A DNA stretch of 63,798 bases, counting the filler. It is 4 parts of 4 records of this genome, joined end to end, with 100 filler letters (N's around TTAATTAATTAA, not from the genome) between each part and the next. Parts side by side here need not be neighbours in the genome. Positions count along the whole stretch, not along the records: positions 58,661 to 63,798 come from SRR31156797_1756; 3 more parts are not named here. One strand, 5' to 3'. This document shows, piece after piece, positions 61,111 through 63,798 of this stretch; position 1 is the first letter of the stretch, and each line of letters opens with the position of its first letter. The position numbers and the translations under genes were made by a program. Under the pieces are notes generated by a model, which saw only the letters and a list, made by a program, of their open reading frames with translations, had not been told where the DNA came from and ran no database searches.

Positions 61111-62667
61111 TTACAATGGAATATTTCCGTGCTTCTTAGCTGGTAGAACTTCTGCTTTTGTTTTCATTGCATTCAATGCATCTATCAAACGAGCGCGAGT
61201 TTCGCTAGGAAGAATTACATCATCAATATATCCTCGCTGAGCTGCCAAATATGGAACGTTAAATGCATTTTCGTACTCCTTAATTTTCTCATCAGTCTTA
61301 GCTTGCTTATCATCGGCAGCAGCAATTTCTTTCTTGTAAGAAGAGATTACCTCTACAGCACCCTTAGCACCCATCACAGCAATTTCAGCAGTTGGCCAAG
61401 CAAATACCATATCAGCTCCTAAAGGCTTAGAACACATTGCTAAATAAGCTCCTCCGTAATCCTTACGTGTTACCACAGTAAACTTAGGTACTGTAGCCTC
61501 AGCATAACTCCAAAGTAGTTTAGCTCCGTGACGAATAATACCACCTAGCTCTTGCTGTACTCCTGGAAGGTATCCAGGAACGTCTACAAATGTTACCATT
61601 GGAATATTGAAAGCATCACAAGTACGAACGAAACGAGAAATCTTATCAGAAGCATCAATATCCAAACAACCTGCCTGAATTAATGGCTGGTTTGCGATAA
61701 TACCTACTGATTGATTATCTAAACGACCGAAACCGATAATTGCATTCTCTGCATAGTGCTCATGCACTTCATAGAATTCACCCTGGTCAAGCACTGATTC
61801 AATAATACCTTTCATATCGTAAGGTGTTTTTGGATCATCAGGAATCATAGTATCCAATTCTTCACAAACACGAGCAGGATCGTCACCCATAGCCAACTGA
61901 GGTGTTTCCTCTAAGTTGTTATTTGGCATATAACTCAACAAATCGCGAATTTCTTCAATTGTAGCTTCATCAGAATCGCAAGCGAAATGAGCGTTACCAC
62001 TTTTAGCATTGTGAGCCATAGCTCCACCCAATTCTTCAAAAGTAGTTTCCTCACCTGTTACTGTTTTAATTACATAAGGAGATGTAATAAACATGTGACT
62101 CTGCTTTTTAACCATGTATACAAAGTCAGTCATTGCTGGAGAATAAACTGCACCACCGGCACAAGGACCCATAATAGCGGAAATCTGAGGAATTACCCCT
62201 GACGCTCTTGAGTTACGCATAAATATTTCACCGTACCCCTTCAATGCATCAACACCTTCTTCAACACGTGCTCCTCCAGAATCATTAAGTCCTACAATAG
62301 GAGCTCCAGCGCTTACAGCCAAATCCATTACTTTACAAATTTTTGCAGCATGCATTTCACCTAAAGAACCACCTCTAGAAGTAAAATCCTGAGAATAAGC
62401 AAATACTGATCTACCATTCACTAAACCATGACCAATAATAACTCCATCAGCAGGAATTTCCGTTGACTCAAAGCCAAAGTTAGTACAACGATGTTCCACA
62501 AACATATCCAACTCTCTAAAACTTCCTTCATCAAAAAGCAAGTCTATTCTCTCACGTGCAGAAAGCTTTCCTTTATCATGTTGCTTAGCAACACGAGCTT
62601 CGCCACCCATTTTTTTAACTTCTTCTCTTTTTTTCTTTAAGAGATCTAACTTTTCAGATACCTTCAT
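61111..62667 (-). CDS. Acyl-CoA carboxyltransferase (PccB/MmdA/transcarboxylase 12S type)
   Basis: GKLSARERI, DSGGARVEEG, GPCAGGAVYSPA, DVPGYLPG, KKHGNIPL. Confidence 0.95.
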   Translation of the reverse strand: MKVSEKLDLLKKKREEVKKMGGEARVAKQHDKGKLSARERIDLLFDEGSFRELDMFVEHRCTNFGFESTEIPADGVIIGHGLVNGRSVFAYSQDFTSRGGSLGEMHAAKICKVMDLAVSAGAPIVGLNDSGGARVEEGVDALKGYGEIFMRNSRASGVIPQISAIMGPCAGGAVYSPAMTDFVYMVKKQSHMFITSPYVIKTVTGEETTFEELGGAMAHNAKSGNAHFACDSDEATIEEIRDLLSYMPNNNLEETPQLAMGDDPARVCEELDTMIPDDPKTPYDMKGIIESVLDQGEFYEVHEHYAENAIIGFGRLDNQSVGIIANQPLIQAGCLDIDASDKISRFVRTCDAFNIPMVTFVDVPGYLPGVQQELGGIIRHGAKLLWSYAEATVPKFTVVTRKDYGGAYLAMCSKPLGADMVFAWPTAEIAVMGAKGAVEVISSYKKEIAAADDKQAKTDEKIKEYENAFNVPYLAAQRGYIDDVILPSETRARLIDALNAMKTKAEVLPAKKHGNIPL

Positions 62668-62977
62668 TTTATATGTTTTTTCAAGTAATTTGCTAAGAAA
62701 ATCTCACGGAATTTCTATTTTACTTCAATTGCTATTCAATTTAAAACCTAATTCTTTAAAATCTGATTTTTTTTAAATTCAACCTTTTTAAAGAATTATT
62801 TCCTTATTGGATGACGAATATAAATACTTTCATTGTAGATAAGAAACTGTTTAAAAACACCACCTCACGTTCGTAAACGTTTGTATATCAATCCTAACTA
62901 CTAATAATTTTCATATATTACCCTATGCTTCAGATAATTAAGTCACAATAGTCGACATTTATCATATTAGACCAAAA

Positions 62978-63018
62978 TTTCACCCAAATACTATACAACA
63001 TATAGCATTTGGGTGAAA
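62978..63018. repeat. 41-bp near-perfect inverted repeat
   Basis: TTTCACCCAAAT-a-CTATA-caaca-TATAG-c-ATTTGGGTGAAA. Confidence 0.8.
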
Positions 63019-63665
63019 ATACCCATTGCGAGAATTGTTCAATATCATTTTCTATTATGTCACAAATACACACTAAAAGGTCTTTTTGTTGTTTTTTTTA
63101 ACTCAAATAGCAACTACCAATCACCAAATCACCTATTAATAGATTTAATTACATGATTATATCAAAATGTTAATGATTGATTTTTTTTGCAAATAAAAAT
63201 CAATATAGTTCATCCATTAACTAATATAAATGAAGCGAATATTTTTGTTGCCTGATTAAAAAATTATAAATTCTGTCTGTCAAAAAAACACAATTTATAG
63301 TACAGGAAATAGATTAGAAGAACTCATTACATCGCATTATACATATAAGGATTTTTTTCTTTATTCAATAACGAAATAAAATCATGATGAATACTTATTA
63401 AAAGTAACTCATGGATTACAAATTGTAATTATCACTATGATTAACAAATTGATTTAGTTTGTTTCTCATATTCGTTCTTAACAATTCCATATAGCTAATG
63501 AGATATAACAGAACTAAAAAATGGAATGGTAGTAGATTTTTTTTCACTATTTAAAGTTCCAAGGTAAAATAACGTTGATACTTTTCTATTCCCTTCAATT
63601 TAATTGAGTTTAAAATATCCATAATCAGACCTAATAATAAATACAATAATTATATTAAGATTCTT

Positions 63666-63695
63666 TTTGTAATACGCTATTTTATTCTACTTTTG
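63666..63695 (+). promoter_or_regulatory. Bacteroidota -33/-7 promoter of tRNA-Ser
   Basis: TTTG (63666-63669), 18-nt spacer, TACTTTTG (63688-63695). Confidence 0.75.
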
Positions 63696-63724
63696 TGCCC
63701 ACACAATTATCCTTATGGATATCT

Positions 63725-63798
63725 GGAGAGATGACAGAGTGGTCGATTGTGCGCGCCTGGAAAGCTCGTGTACCGCAAGGTACCGGGGGTTCGAATCC
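63725..63798 (+). tRNA. tRNA-Ser(GGA), 3' end truncated by the window end
   Basis: GGAGAGA acceptor, D-arm, CT-GGA-AA loop (anticodon 63759-63761), long variable arm GTACC-GCAA-GGTAC, GGTTCGAATCC. Confidence 0.92.

Noticed and set aside
58923-62667. Calling the operon a Na+-pumping oxaloacetate or methylmalonyl-CoA decarboxylase, or a pyruvate carboxylase
   Set aside because: No membrane beta subunit, TM-anchored gamma/delta subunit or biotin carboxylase lies within the operon; unlinked partners cannot be excluded.
1-63798. CRISPR arrays, transposases, integrases, prophage or defence genes
   Set aside because: I saw no regularly spaced repeats and no ORF with such motifs by eye; short degenerate elements could have been missed.

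Overview
The window is four unrelated contigs joined by artificial 100-nt N spacers, each carrying a TTAATTAATTAA linker, so adjacency across 21856-21955, 37462-37561 and 58561-58660 is not biological. Contig A (1-21855) is an AT-rich Bacteroidota housekeeping region: tRNA 3' end, M23 peptidase, dxr, rseP, tatA, LysM transglycosylase, pepA, pdxA, ruvA, sprA, gcvH, an ECF sigma three-gene module and the 3' part of infB. Contig B (21956-37461) is also Bacteroidota. It holds mnmD, two FKBP PPIases, DUF3127, yaaA and several accessory genes, followed by a co-oriented cluster: broken sulfatase, ankyrin lipoprotein, sulfatase, DoxX, Tat-exported Gfo/Idh/MocA oxidoreductase and an octaheme c-type/HEAT/TPR lipoprotein. 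Contig C (37562-58560) is more GC-rich and Desulfovibrionaceae-like. It carries a complete Tad/Flp pilus locus split into two divergent operons, each preceded by a sigma54 -24/-12 promoter, with an NtrC-type activator between them, a hybrid kinase and a sugar ABC transporter. Contig D (58661-63798) is Bacteroidota and encodes a three-gene transcarboxylase-like operon bracketed by the two halves of a tRNA-Ser(GGA) sharing a 17-nt terminal overlap. The best candidates for an undescribed system are the DoxX/oxidoreductase/octaheme/sulfatase cluster and the tRNA-bracketed transcarboxylase unit. All family and taxon calls are from motif recognition, not database searches.
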